From Planctomycetota bacterium (GTDB lineage Bacteria; Planctomycetota; SZUA-567; H5-PLA8): 64,000 nucleotides of DNA. The position numbers and the translations under genes are program-made. The stretch covers positions 41,930 through 105,929 of the forward strand of contig JBBRPR010000026.1 of assembly GCA_038227875.1 (NCBI GenBank), given 5' to 3'. Numbering within the stretch: the stretch's first letter is position 1; each line of letters starts with the position of its first letter. Shown piece by piece: positions 28,941 to 38,184 of this stretch. A model generated the notes under the pieces. It ran no database searches. It worked only from the letters and a program-made list of their open reading frames with translations, and was not told where the DNA came from.

Positions 28941-29996
28941 ATGAGACACCTCAACTGGCATGGCGAAAAAGCGCCGGAACTGGTCTTTCAGGAACTCGCG
29001 GATTATTGCCGCACGACACCGTTTGAGGCGGACGTCTTCGGAAAAGGCGTATCGCTCAACGCGTTCGAAGCCCGCGTCGCCGCACTGCTCGGCAAGGAAG
29101 CGGCAGTCTTCGTCCCCAGCGGTGTGATGGCGCAGCAGATCGCGCTGCGCATCTACGCCGATCAGACCGGCCAGCGCACCGTCGGCGTGCATCATAGCAC
29201 TCACGTGGAGACCAACGAACAGCGCGCGTACGCGCATCTGCACGGTCTGCAGCTGCGGCATCTGGGCGGCAAGAACGCGCCGATTTACGCTCAGGATCTC
29301 CGCGACTGCGGCGAACGGCTCGGCACACTGCTGGTCGAATTGCCGCTGCGCCGCATTGGCGGCATTCTGCCGGAGTGGGCACCGTTGCAGGAACTGCTCG
29401 GCGCCGCACGCGAACGCGGGCTGAAATTGCAGCTCGATGGCGCGCGCCTGTGGGAAGCGCAGGTGTTCTACGACCGGCCGCTGGCTGAAATCTGTGCGGG
29501 GTTCGATTCGGTGTACGTCTCTTTCTATAAGGGCCTGGGCGGAATTGCCGGCGCAATGCTGCTGGGCTCGGCCGCGTTTATTTCAGAGGCTCGCGTCTGG
29601 CAGCGTCGCCATGGCGGAAATCTGACGACGCTTCATCCGCTGGCCGTCTCAGCGCAGATGAGTTTGGAGAAGCGGCTGCCCAAAATGAAAGCGTACCGCG
29701 ACCGCGCGGTGTTTCTGGCCGCAGCGCTGAAGCCGCTGGGCAACGTCGTGATCAAACCCGGGCCGCCGCAGACGAACATGTTTCATCTTTACGTCAACGC
29801 GACGCAGGAAAAACTGGAGGCCGCGCATCGCCAGATGATGGAGCGCGATGGCGTGAAACTCTGCACGTTTTTTTTGCCGTCGGACATCCCCGGCTGGACG
29901 TACACGGAAGTGGTCGCCGGCGATGCGACGCTGGAATTTTCGGACCGCGAGGCACTGGAAGGGTGGGGGAAACTGTTGGCATGGGCGGCAAACTGA
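28941..29996 (+). CDS. low-specificity threonine aldolase (PLP-dependent)
   Basis: PSGVMAQ, LDGARL, SFYKGLG (PLP lysine). Confidence 0.9.
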   Translation: MRHLNWHGEKAPELVFQELADYCRTTPFEADVFGKGVSLNAFEARVAALLGKEAAVFVPSGVMAQQIALRIYADQTGQRTVGVHHSTHVETNEQRAYAHLHGLQLRHLGGKNAPIYAQDLRDCGERLGTLLVELPLRRIGGILPEWAPLQELLGAARERGLKLQLDGARLWEAQVFYDRPLAEICAGFDSVYVSFYKGLGGIAGAMLLGSAAFISEARVWQRRHGGNLTTLHPLAVSAQMSLEKRLPKMKAYRDRAVFLAAALKPLGNVVIKPGPPQTNMFHLYVNATQEKLEAAHRQMMERDGVKLCTFFLPSDIPGWTYTEVVAGDATLEFSDREALEGWGKLLAWAAN

Positions 29997-30721
29997 AGGG
30001 CCTCTATCTCGAAGACCTGACCTGGCCCGAAGCCGAAGCGGCGTTTCGTGAGTACACCGTCGCCGTGCTGCCGGTCGGAGCGCGGACGAAGGAGCATGGT
30101 TTCCATCTGCCGCTAAAGAACGACTTCGTGATCGCGGAGTACCTTGCGCGGCGCGTGACGGAAAGTTGCCGCGTCATCACGCTGCCGACGGTGCCGTACG
30201 GTTACTACCCGGCGTTCGTGGAGTACCCGGGATCGGTCAACCTTCCCAAAAAGGTCTTTCGCGACACGATCTGCGAAATCTGCCGCTCGATCGCGGCGCA
30301 CGGTTTGAAACGAATCTACGTGCTGAACACCGGCATCAGCACCAATACGCCGCTGAAGCTTGCGCGGCGCAAGTTGCTCGTCGAAGGCATTGCGTTCGAG
30401 TACACCGATCTGCATCAGACGCTGACCCAGCTCAAATCCACACTGTTGACGCAGCAAGCCGGGACGCACGCCGATGAACTCGAGACGTCGATGATGCTTT
30501 ACATCGCGCCCGAAATTGTAAAGTTGGCGAAAGCGAAAAAGGACGTCCATCCCAACAAGGGCCCCGGCGGCCTGACGCGAAATCCCAGCGCGACAACGGG
30601 CGTTTATTCGCCGACCGGCGCATGGGGCGACCCGACGCTCGCCACGCGCAAGAAGGGTGAGATTTACATCGAGGCGCTGGTGAAGGAACTGATCGCCGCG
30701 GTGGAACGCATGCAGGTGTGA
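29981..30721 (+). CDS. creatininase / creatinine amidohydrolase family protein
   Basis: KEHGFHLPLKND, YPGS, HADELETS, GDPTLAT. Confidence 0.9.
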   Translation: MGGKLKGLYLEDLTWPEAEAAFREYTVAVLPVGARTKEHGFHLPLKNDFVIAEYLARRVTESCRVITLPTVPYGYYPAFVEYPGSVNLPKKVFRDTICEICRSIAAHGLKRIYVLNTGISTNTPLKLARRKLLVEGIAFEYTDLHQTLTQLKSTLLTQQAGTHADELETSMMLYIAPEIVKLAKAKKDVHPNKGPGGLTRNPSATTGVYSPTGAWGDPTLATRKKGEIYIEALVKELIAAVERMQV

Positions 30722-30724
30722 TGT

Positions 30725-30785
30725 TGGTGCCACTGGCACGGCCGATCCTTCCCTACGCTCAGGGCCGTCCGTGCCAGTGGCACCA
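30725..30785. repeat. REP-like 17-bp inverted repeat
   Basis: TGGTGCCACTGGCACGG ... CCGTGCCAGTGGCACCA. Confidence 0.8.
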
Positions 30786-30854
30786 CTTGCGCTTTGACTG
30801 TTCCAACACATGACTAGTCGCTATAGTTCTCCGGCGTGTTGAGGAGGGTGGGTG

Positions 30855-31682
30855 ATGCGTTGGATGCTGTGTATTCTGGTGCTGGTGGTGACAGGTTTTT
30901 CCGTCGCGGCTGAAGACAAGCCGTCAGATCTGAAAGTGGAAGCCAGCGGGCTGCGCGTTATTGCGCCGTTTTCGGTCAATGACGAAGCGCTTAACGCCTT
31001 CGGCAGCCGCACGCCGGGCACCACGGCGACGCTGCTGATCACCTCACCGTCGGATCGCATCGTTCACTTCGATCACGCCTCCAGCACGATTACCCGATTC
31101 ACAGACGACAAGGGCAACGATCTGCTCGCCAAACCGGCCGGCCCCGCGACACCCAATCCTGAAAAAATTGTCCAGCAGGGCTTGGCACTCTTTCCGCAGA
31201 TCTCCAAAGACGGCAAGGCCTGCGCCGTGGAAGTCAACGCGCCGGTGCTTCCCGCCAAAGGCAGCACCTCGATCAAACTCGCCGGAACGCTGACGCTGGT
31301 CTGCGCGTCGGCGACGAAGGAAATCGTGCAGAAAGACGTCCCGGTCAAGAATGGCAGCAAGATCGATGCTCAAAAACTGGCGCTGACGCTCGTGCAGGTC
31401 GGCAAGCCGCTGGTCGGCGACGAACCGCTCTCGATCACGCTCCGATCGCATGAAAGTCTCGACGATCTGGCCGACGTGAAATTCTTCAAAGCCGACGGCA
31501 CGGAGATCAAATCCCGCAGCGTGGGTGGTCTGAGCAAAATGGCGGTGCTGGGCGAACTGACCGTGGAATGGTGCTTCAACCTCGCCGAAATGTCGGACGC
31601 CGTGACGATCAAGCTCTTTGTCTGGTCCGACCGGCAGGTCAAGAAGACGAACTTTGAACTGACCATCGGACCTGGACTGTAG
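30855..31682 (+). CDS. secreted hypothetical protein
   Basis: GAGGAGG RBS; signal peptide ending SVAA. Confidence 0.8.
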   Translation: MRWMLCILVLVVTGFSVAAEDKPSDLKVEASGLRVIAPFSVNDEALNAFGSRTPGTTATLLITSPSDRIVHFDHASSTITRFTDDKGNDLLAKPAGPATPNPEKIVQQGLALFPQISKDGKACAVEVNAPVLPAKGSTSIKLAGTLTLVCASATKEIVQKDVPVKNGSKIDAQKLALTLVQVGKPLVGDEPLSITLRSHESLDDLADVKFFKADGTEIKSRSVGGLSKMAVLGELTVEWCFNLAEMSDAVTIKLFVWSDRQVKKTNFELTIGPGL

Positions 31683-31754
31683 TTGCGCGAAGAATTTTCC
31701 AAGGAGTGGTCTATAGTCAACATGCCGCAAATTTGCGCCAGCATGACGTGAAAT

Positions 31755-31785
31755 AAAAAGCCCCCTCTTTCGAGGGGGCTTTTTT
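31755..31785. terminator. bidirectional intrinsic terminator
   Basis: AAAAAGCCCCCTC-TTTC-GAGGGGGCTTTTT between convergent genes. Confidence 0.9.
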
Positions 31786-31815
31786 CTACTGCTCAACTTT
31801 CACATCTCTATTTAC

Positions 31816-33315
31816 TCACTTCCCCTTCGGCGCGTCCGGTGCGGCTTTCGGGGCGTCCTTGGGAGGTTCCGGGGCTTTCGGCGCATCGGCCGGCGCGTCG
31901 TTGTGATGTTTGCCGCCGCCGTACTTTTCGTCGAGCCACTTGCCCCACTTCGGAATGTCCTGTTCGAAGTCCATGCCCGTGATGTACTCCAGCGTTTCGG
32001 GAATCTTCTTCTTCAGGTCTTCGGGCGTCTTCTTGTCTTTCAACAGGTAGAACAGCGATTCGATCGCTTCCTTCTTCTGAGCGTCGAACTTCTTGCCTTC
32101 CAAGGTCCGCATGGCATACACCGCGGACGCCTTCACTTCCATCGCTGGGTCTTCATCCGTCACCGTAACCAGCAGAGCGGCACCATCCGAAGCGGCTTTC
32201 ATATCCATAGCCTTGGCCTTTTTCTGTGTCGTCAGGACGTTGCGTGTCGCACGGACCACGGCGATGCGGACGTCTGTGTTCTTCGACGGCTGCTTCAAGT
32301 CCAGACAATCCTTGTAGGCCTTCTTCAGCGGTTCCAGCGCGTCGATGGTTCCGATGACGCCCAGCGCATGGATGCCGCCGATGACCAGTTTGATTTGTTC
32401 GGACTTGGCGACGATGTCCTTGATCGGCTGAAGACCTTCACGTGCGGCCGAACCGTTTCCGTTCTGAATCAACTGCGCCAACGCATCCATCACGTTGATC
32501 TTCAGATCGTCAGAAGTCTTCTGGTCCGCGAGCAGTTCGATCAATTTCCGGATCGTGGCAATGCCAACCTTGTCTGCGGCAGTGGCCACTTTCTGGATCA
32601 GCACAGAGAGCGCGCTGGCTGCTTTTTCGCGCACGTACGAATCCTGCTCGTTCAAGATGTCGACGATAATCTGGAGGCCTTCGAGGTCACCGAAATCGCC
32701 AATCGCCAGGATACATTCGTTGCGCAGGCCCTGATTTTGTTCGTTTTTGTTGCGTGCAATGTCGACCAGTGCGCGGAAGCCCACGTCTTTATCCTGAAGT
32801 CCATCGGCCGACAAAGTCTGTCGCCAGACCTTGACCACTGCGCGGCGGACGGGAGCCGATTCTCCGCCCACACCATTCCCGGGCGCGTTTTTTAGAATCG
32901 CGGCAAACGGTTGAATGGTCTTGTTCTTCGATTTGTGATCACGCGTGACATTTGTTTCTAACGTGCCCAGCGTAAGAATCGCCGCGACGCGAACCGACGG
33001 GTCGTCGTCAACCTTGGTGGCGATGTCGAGCAGTCCTTCGACCACCTTATTATCGCGTTCCTGTTCGGGCGATACTCCGCCCAAGCCCTTGATCAGCTCT
33101 TCGCGCTCCTCGGAATCCTTCTGCGGATTCTGCGCGCCGGTGATCTTCTCTGCAACGGTTGGCTCCTTCTTTACGGGAGCTCCGCCGCCGCCCTGTTCGC
33201 CTGCGCACACGCGCAACGAACTGGTAGCGATTGTCAGACTCAAGCAGGCCAGCAGGATGCCCAGCAGCCCGCGCAAATTCGTCTTGAACACTTTTCGTAC
33301 CTCCACAATCGCCAT
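31816..33315 (-). CDS. exported HEAT-repeat protein
   Basis: N-terminal hydrophobic segment; repeated D..VR.AA...L helical units; LEYITG.DF...W.KW. Confidence 0.85.
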   Translation of the reverse strand: MAIVEVRKVFKTNLRGLLGILLACLSLTIATSSLRVCAGEQGGGGAPVKKEPTVAEKITGAQNPQKDSEEREELIKGLGGVSPEQERDNKVVEGLLDIATKVDDDPSVRVAAILTLGTLETNVTRDHKSKNKTIQPFAAILKNAPGNGVGGESAPVRRAVVKVWRQTLSADGLQDKDVGFRALVDIARNKNEQNQGLRNECILAIGDFGDLEGLQIIVDILNEQDSYVREKAASALSVLIQKVATAADKVGIATIRKLIELLADQKTSDDLKINVMDALAQLIQNGNGSAAREGLQPIKDIVAKSEQIKLVIGGIHALGVIGTIDALEPLKKAYKDCLDLKQPSKNTDVRIAVVRATRNVLTTQKKAKAMDMKAASDGAALLVTVTDEDPAMEVKASAVYAMRTLEGKKFDAQKKEAIESLFYLLKDKKTPEDLKKKIPETLEYITGMDFEQDIPKWGKWLDEKYGGGKHHNDAPADAPKAPEPPKDAPKAAPDAPKGK

Positions 33316-33582
33316 CCCATTAGTGCTCGTTGTGCACTAAAACAGCATGACGGGAGCATGTTGGGAAAACTGCAAGTTTGTAAAGCAATTAACTGCACGC
33401 TGTCAACACCGAAAAGCGACGGGCCCAGTTTCGCTCACTCATTCGACTGCATCTTGCGCAATACATTACAGACATTCAGACGGAATTAGCAGCGCCGCGT
33501 TTAGAACTGCTTTACATCGCGGGGTTGCGTGGTAAGCTACTCTCCTTTCCAAATCCCGAAAAGTTGGCGTAGAAGGCGGGCC

Positions 33583-34602
33583 ATGCTGTACAAAAACGTC
33601 TGCATCGAAGCGTTCGGCTACGAATTACCTCCTAATATCATCACTTCAGCGGCGATTGAGGACAAACTCGCGCCATTGTACGAGCGCCTGAAGCTGCCTC
33701 ATGGCCGTTTGATGATGATGAGCGGGATCCGGGAGCGCCGTTTCTGGAACGTCGGCGACACGCCCAGCCAGGTCAGCGCCCGCGCCGGCGCCGTGGCGCT
33801 CAAGAATTCCGACGCCAAGCCCGGCGAGATCGAAGTGCTGCTGCACACCTCCGTCTGCCGCGATTTTCTCGAACCGGCGTCGGCAACGCTCGTCCACAAA
33901 ACGCTGGGCCTTTCCCCCGACGTGATGGTCTACGACATTTCCAACGCCTGCCTCGGGTTCCTCAACGGCATGGTGACACTGGCCAACATGATTGAACTCG
34001 GCCAGGTCAAGAAGGGCATGATCGTCGCCGGCGAAAGCAGCCGCCAGCTGGTGGAATCGACGCTCGAATCGCTGCTGCAGAATCCCAACGTGACGCGCGA
34101 CAGCATCAAGGAAGCGTTCGCTACGATGACCATCGGCTCCGGCGCTTGCGCGCTGGTGATGGCTCACGACAGCGTCTCCAAGTTCGGCCACCGCCTGATG
34201 GGCGGCGCGGTGCAGTGCGCGACGGACTTCAACCACCTCTGCCGCGGCAACGCCGGCAACATGGCCACCGATTCCGAAACGCTTCTGCAGGAAGGTTGCA
34301 ACCTCGCTCGCAACACGTGGGCGAAGACCTGCAATCTGCTCGGTTGGACCAATTCGATGGTGCAGCGCGTTTTCTGCCACCAAGTCGGCATTGCTCATCG
34401 CAAGCTGCTCTACAAGACGCTCGAACTGGAACAATCGAAGGACTTCTCGACGGTCGAATACCTCGGAAATACCGGCTCAGTCTCGCTGCCGACGACGATG
34501 GCCATCGGCACCGAACAATCGCCGCCCAAGAAAGACGACAACATCGCCATGCTCGGCATCGGCTCGGGATTGAATTGCCTGATGCTCGGCGTGAAATGGT
34601 GA
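33583..34602 (+). CDS. oleA: OleA-type thiolase / 3-oxoacyl-ACP synthase III (head-to-head condensation)
   Basis: DFLEPASA (Glu base), ISNACLGF (Cys), CHQVG, LGNTGS, GIGSGLNC. Confidence 0.85.
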   Translation: MLYKNVCIEAFGYELPPNIITSAAIEDKLAPLYERLKLPHGRLMMMSGIRERRFWNVGDTPSQVSARAGAVALKNSDAKPGEIEVLLHTSVCRDFLEPASATLVHKTLGLSPDVMVYDISNACLGFLNGMVTLANMIELGQVKKGMIVAGESSRQLVESTLESLLQNPNVTRDSIKEAFATMTIGSGACALVMAHDSVSKFGHRLMGGAVQCATDFNHLCRGNAGNMATDSETLLQEGCNLARNTWAKTCNLLGWTNSMVQRVFCHQVGIAHRKLLYKTLELEQSKDFSTVEYLGNTGSVSLPTTMAIGTEQSPPKKDDNIAMLGIGSGLNCLMLGVKW

Positions 34603-34612
34603 GAGTTACGGC

Positions 34613-34697
34613 AATTTTGAATTCTTAATTGTCGCAAGCGCTGGAAAGACGCCGATTGCAGCGCAATTCAAAATTAAGAATTCAACATTAAAAATTC
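34613..34697. repeat. inverted AT-rich heptamer repeats (TTGAATT/AATTCAA)
   Basis: AATTTTGAATTCTTAATT ... AATTCAAAATTAAGAATTCAACATTAAAAATTC. Confidence 0.75.
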
Positions 34698-34715
34698 TCA
34701 GTCAGAAAGCTTTCC

Positions 34716-35588
34716 TTGAACGACATCCCCCTTTACCCCTTCACCTCCCACACTATCCCGTTCAACTACGGCAAGCTCCGATACCACTTCGTCGACGACG
34801 GCCCGCGCACGAATGCCCGCGCGGTACTGATGCTTCACGGCAATCCGACGTGGAGCTTCTACTACCGCAATGTGATCAACGCGCTGAAAGGCGAGCACCG
34901 TTGCATCGTTCCCGATCACATGGGCTGCGGACTTTCCGATAAGCCGCAGGATTATCCGTACACGCTCCAGCAGCACATCGCCAACGTGCGCAGCCTGATC
35001 GAACGGCTCGACGTGAAGGAACTCGACCTGGTGCTCCACGACTGGGGCGGCGCGATCGGCATGGGGCTGGCGATGCAGATTCCCGAACGCATCCGCCGCA
35101 TCGTCGTGCTGAACACCGCGGCGTTTCTCTCGCCGCGGATTCCGTTCCGCATCGACATCTGCCGCACGCCGGTGCTCGGTGATTTTGCGATCCGGGGGCT
35201 CAACGCGTTCGCCAAGGCGGCGCTCTTCATGGCCGTCGCGCGCCGCGAAAAACTGACGCCCGAAATCAAAGATGGCCTGTTGCTGCCCTACGATTCATGG
35301 GAAAATCGCGTCGCGATCTTACGGTTCGTGCAGGACATTCCGATGACGCCGCGCCATCCCACGTGGAAGCTGATGCAGGACATCGAAGCGGCGCTGCCGC
35401 AGTTCAAGAATCGAAAGATGATGATCTGCTGGGGTATGAAGGACTGGTGCTTCGACAAAAGCTTCCTGAGGACCTGGCGCGAAAAATTCCCCGACGCGGA
35501 AGTCAACGAATTCGCCGACGCCGGTCATTACGTCCTCGAAGACGCCTGGGAGCAGATCGCGCCGAAGATCAGTGCATTTTTGCGCTAA
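34716..35588 (+). CDS. oleB: OleB-type alpha/beta hydrolase (beta-lactone decarboxylase, haloalkane dehalogenase fold)
   Basis: HGNPTWSFYYR, HDWGG, WGMKDWCF, GHYVLED; directly after oleA. Confidence 0.82.
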   Translation: MNDIPLYPFTSHTIPFNYGKLRYHFVDDGPRTNARAVLMLHGNPTWSFYYRNVINALKGEHRCIVPDHMGCGLSDKPQDYPYTLQQHIANVRSLIERLDVKELDLVLHDWGGAIGMGLAMQIPERIRRIVVLNTAAFLSPRIPFRIDICRTPVLGDFAIRGLNAFAKAALFMAVARREKLTPEIKDGLLLPYDSWENRVAILRFVQDIPMTPRHPTWKLMQDIEAALPQFKNRKMMICWGMKDWCFDKSFLRTWREKFPDAEVNEFADAGHYVLEDAWEQIAPKISAFLR

Positions 35589-35684
35589 GTCAGTGAATTT
35601 TCATTTTTCATTCGTCTGTTCACAATCCTGAAACGTCCATTAGAACACTGTCTTGGTTTGCCGCCCCGACAAAAGGACGTTGCC

Positions 35685-37001
35685 ATGCGGATATTCGCGC
35701 GTCGTTTTCTTCTGACGATACCCACCGCGCTCGCGGCGCTTACCTGCTCGGCCGCGACAACTCCGCAGCCTCCGCCTCCATCGCCCGAACCGGAACGTCC
35801 GGCCTTGATCGGCGCGACGAACGGCAACCGCGTGGAAGCGCAGAACGAATTCGCTAATACGAACTACGACGAAGTCGTCCGCGACCTGCTCACCAATCTC
35901 GACAAAAGCTTCGCCGCCGCGATGGACAGCGCCATCAAACTCGGCGGTCTCGGCAAGCGCGCCGCTCCTCCGCTGATCGATACCATCGCCGCGTACTACC
36001 TGCGGATGAAAGAAGACCGCAAAGCAAAAGTCCCCAACCCCAAGGCCCCGGTCAATGAACAAGTCGTGCTCTACAGCGCCATCGCGTTGGCGCGGATCAA
36101 ATCCGGCGATGCCGCCAAGGCCCTGCTGCCGCTGCTGCAGGACGAAAAGCTGATCACCAACATTCGCTATACCTGCGTCACGGCCAACGGAATGGAGTAC
36201 TCCGACGAAGCCGTCGCGGTGCTGCAGAAACTCGCAGCGAAGGATTCCGACATCGAACTGCGGCGCAAGGCGTACAATCGGCTGACGTCGATGCCCAAGC
36301 AGTGGCTGGCCTCGGAAAAGCTGTTCTTGGAAGCGCTCGACGATCCCGACCTGGACATCCGTACCATCGCCGCAAAGCAATTCTACTTCGCCGCGCCGGT
36401 CTACCGTGATGCGATCGGCACGCTTGTGGCCTTCGTCGAAAAAGAAAACAATGATGCACCGCGCATCCAGGCCGTCCTGGCCATCGCCCGCATGCGCGCC
36501 AGCGAAGCGGTGCCGTTTCTGCTGCGCCTGTATTCCAACGAACAGACGCCGCAAAAAGTGCAGCAGCAGGCGCTTCGGGCGATCAACGACATCGCCGGCA
36601 TGAATTTCAAGGATGGCCCTGCGCTCCAGGCTTGGTGGACGAAGTATGGCGAGAAGCAGTACGGCAAGCTTGAAGTGATGCTGAAAAAAGATCCTGCCGC
36701 AGGTGAAAAAACGGCCGCCACCGCTGATAAAACGACCGACAAGGCGCCGGCAAAAACCCCTGATGGCGCGCTGGAAAAACAGCCCGTCAAAACTGCCGAC
36801 CCGGACAAAAAGTCCGCCGACACAGTAACACCGCCCGCACCGCCTGTTGCACCGGTTCCGCCCAAGACCCCGCCGCCGGCTCATCCGCTCAAAGCGATGC
36901 CGCTGGACCCGGTGGATGGCGAAATCGTGCGCCCGGAACGTAACCCCGACGCCCCGCCACCGGTTGAAAAGAAAGAGGACGTGGACGCCGGGAAAAAGTA
37001 G
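35685..37001 (+). CDS. exported HEAT-repeat protein with Pro-rich termini
   Basis: AAGGA RBS; signal peptide; ALDDPDLDIRTIAA-type repeats. Confidence 0.82.
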   Translation: MRIFARRFLLTIPTALAALTCSAATTPQPPPPSPEPERPALIGATNGNRVEAQNEFANTNYDEVVRDLLTNLDKSFAAAMDSAIKLGGLGKRAAPPLIDTIAAYYLRMKEDRKAKVPNPKAPVNEQVVLYSAIALARIKSGDAAKALLPLLQDEKLITNIRYTCVTANGMEYSDEAVAVLQKLAAKDSDIELRRKAYNRLTSMPKQWLASEKLFLEALDDPDLDIRTIAAKQFYFAAPVYRDAIGTLVAFVEKENNDAPRIQAVLAIARMRASEAVPFLLRLYSNEQTPQKVQQQALRAINDIAGMNFKDGPALQAWWTKYGEKQYGKLEVMLKKDPAAGEKTAATADKTTDKAPAKTPDGALEKQPVKTADPDKKSADTVTPPAPPVAPVPPKTPPPAHPLKAMPLDPVDGEIVRPERNPDAPPPVEKKEDVDAGKK

Positions 37002-37028
37002 TCCGGGAACACCGAGACAAATGGTGCG

Positions 37029-38072
37029 ATGAATTCTCCAGCAGCGACCACCGCACCGATGCCGGGCCCGCGCGCCGGGCTTTCGGCGTCCGTTCCAGTG
37101 CCCGCCAATTTCGCGCAGCTTGCGGCAACGGTGATTCTTGCGCTGGCGCTGAGCATGCTGCTCTTTGCGCTCTGGGATGGTCGCGTCCCTGCCGTTGCGC
37201 AGTGGACCGCGCGAGAATGGCGCGTGCTGCCGTGCGTCAGCATCTATCTGGTCACGGCTGTGATGGCACTTTGCATCCAGTCGGCCATTCCCAACGAACG
37301 CCTCGTGCTGTACGCCGGACTGCTGGCCTTGAGCACTTCGGTGGCGCTGCTCTCGCTGCGTCCTGAACCCGCGCCGCGCACGCCCACCTTCGAACGACGC
37401 TCTATAAAGGGAGAACCCGCGCCGCCAGAAAAGGCCGAAGTGGCGGAGAAAGTGCGCGGTATCCGCGCAGCGCCGACGACGGTCTTCAACTTCATCGGTT
37501 TCGCCGCCGCATTATTTTCGGCAGTGTTGCTCGGCACGTGGTTGGGACGCGGTATGCGCCAGCCGCTGCATTTTCTGATGCTCGTGCTCTGCGCCGTTTC
37601 AGGTAACGCCTGGATGGCAACCGTGGGGCTTGGTCACGATCCGGCGGCCTCATACGCGTCCAGCGGTGTGTTAAGCCTGCTCAGTATTCCCTGGCCCAGC
37701 GGCGCGCCGGCGAATTTCTGCCCGACCGTACTCGAGTTGCTGGTGCTCTGCACCGTGCTGGAAGGCGCGCGCGTGCTCAAGCTCCACCGCTTCTCGATGT
37801 TCCTCGGCGCTGGCGCCGGTTATTGCGGCGGCGCGTTTCTCGCTCTGGATCCGTGGCCGGCCTGGCCCGTCCCCGGCGTGTTGATGTGCGCGTCCGGTAT
37901 CCTCATCGCGTCGTGGCCCGACCTCCGCATCACGCGCCGCGATGTGTTGAAATCGATCCTCGCCAGTCTTTCGCTGCTGGTCGTGCTGCTGGCGCTCACG
38001 GTCCTGCGCCAGCGCCTGGTCCCCGAGCCGGAACCGGTGCAGGATGTGTTCCGCTACAAAGGAAGCACCTGA
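37029..38072 (+). CDS. integral membrane protein
   Basis: about 9 hydrophobic segments. Confidence 0.75.
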   Translation: MNSPAATTAPMPGPRAGLSASVPVPANFAQLAATVILALALSMLLFALWDGRVPAVAQWTAREWRVLPCVSIYLVTAVMALCIQSAIPNERLVLYAGLLALSTSVALLSLRPEPAPRTPTFERRSIKGEPAPPEKAEVAEKVRGIRAAPTTVFNFIGFAAALFSAVLLGTWLGRGMRQPLHFLMLVLCAVSGNAWMATVGLGHDPAASYASSGVLSLLSIPWPSGAPANFCPTVLELLVLCTVLEGARVLKLHRFSMFLGAGAGYCGGAFLALDPWPAWPVPGVLMCASGILIASWPDLRITRRDVLKSILASLSLLVVLLALTVLRQRLVPEPEPVQDVFRYKGST

Positions 38073-38084
38073 GGAGTAGCTGTG

Positions 38085-38146
38085 AGTTTCAAGTGTTGAG
38101 TTGTGTTGCAATTGGGCCTCGCACTCTCAACTCAAAACTCAAAACT
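38085..38146. repeat. inverted heptamer repeats (TTGAGTT/AACTCAA)
   Basis: GAGTTTCAAGTGTTGAGTT ... CTCAACTCAAAACTCAAAACT. Confidence 0.7.
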
Positions 38147-38184
38147 GTCGTGTTAAATTCCATCCTCCCGATAAAACTGGTCCT

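Noticed and set aside
34716..35588. Haloalkane dehalogenase
   Set aside because: Same fold, but its position after oleA favours OleB.
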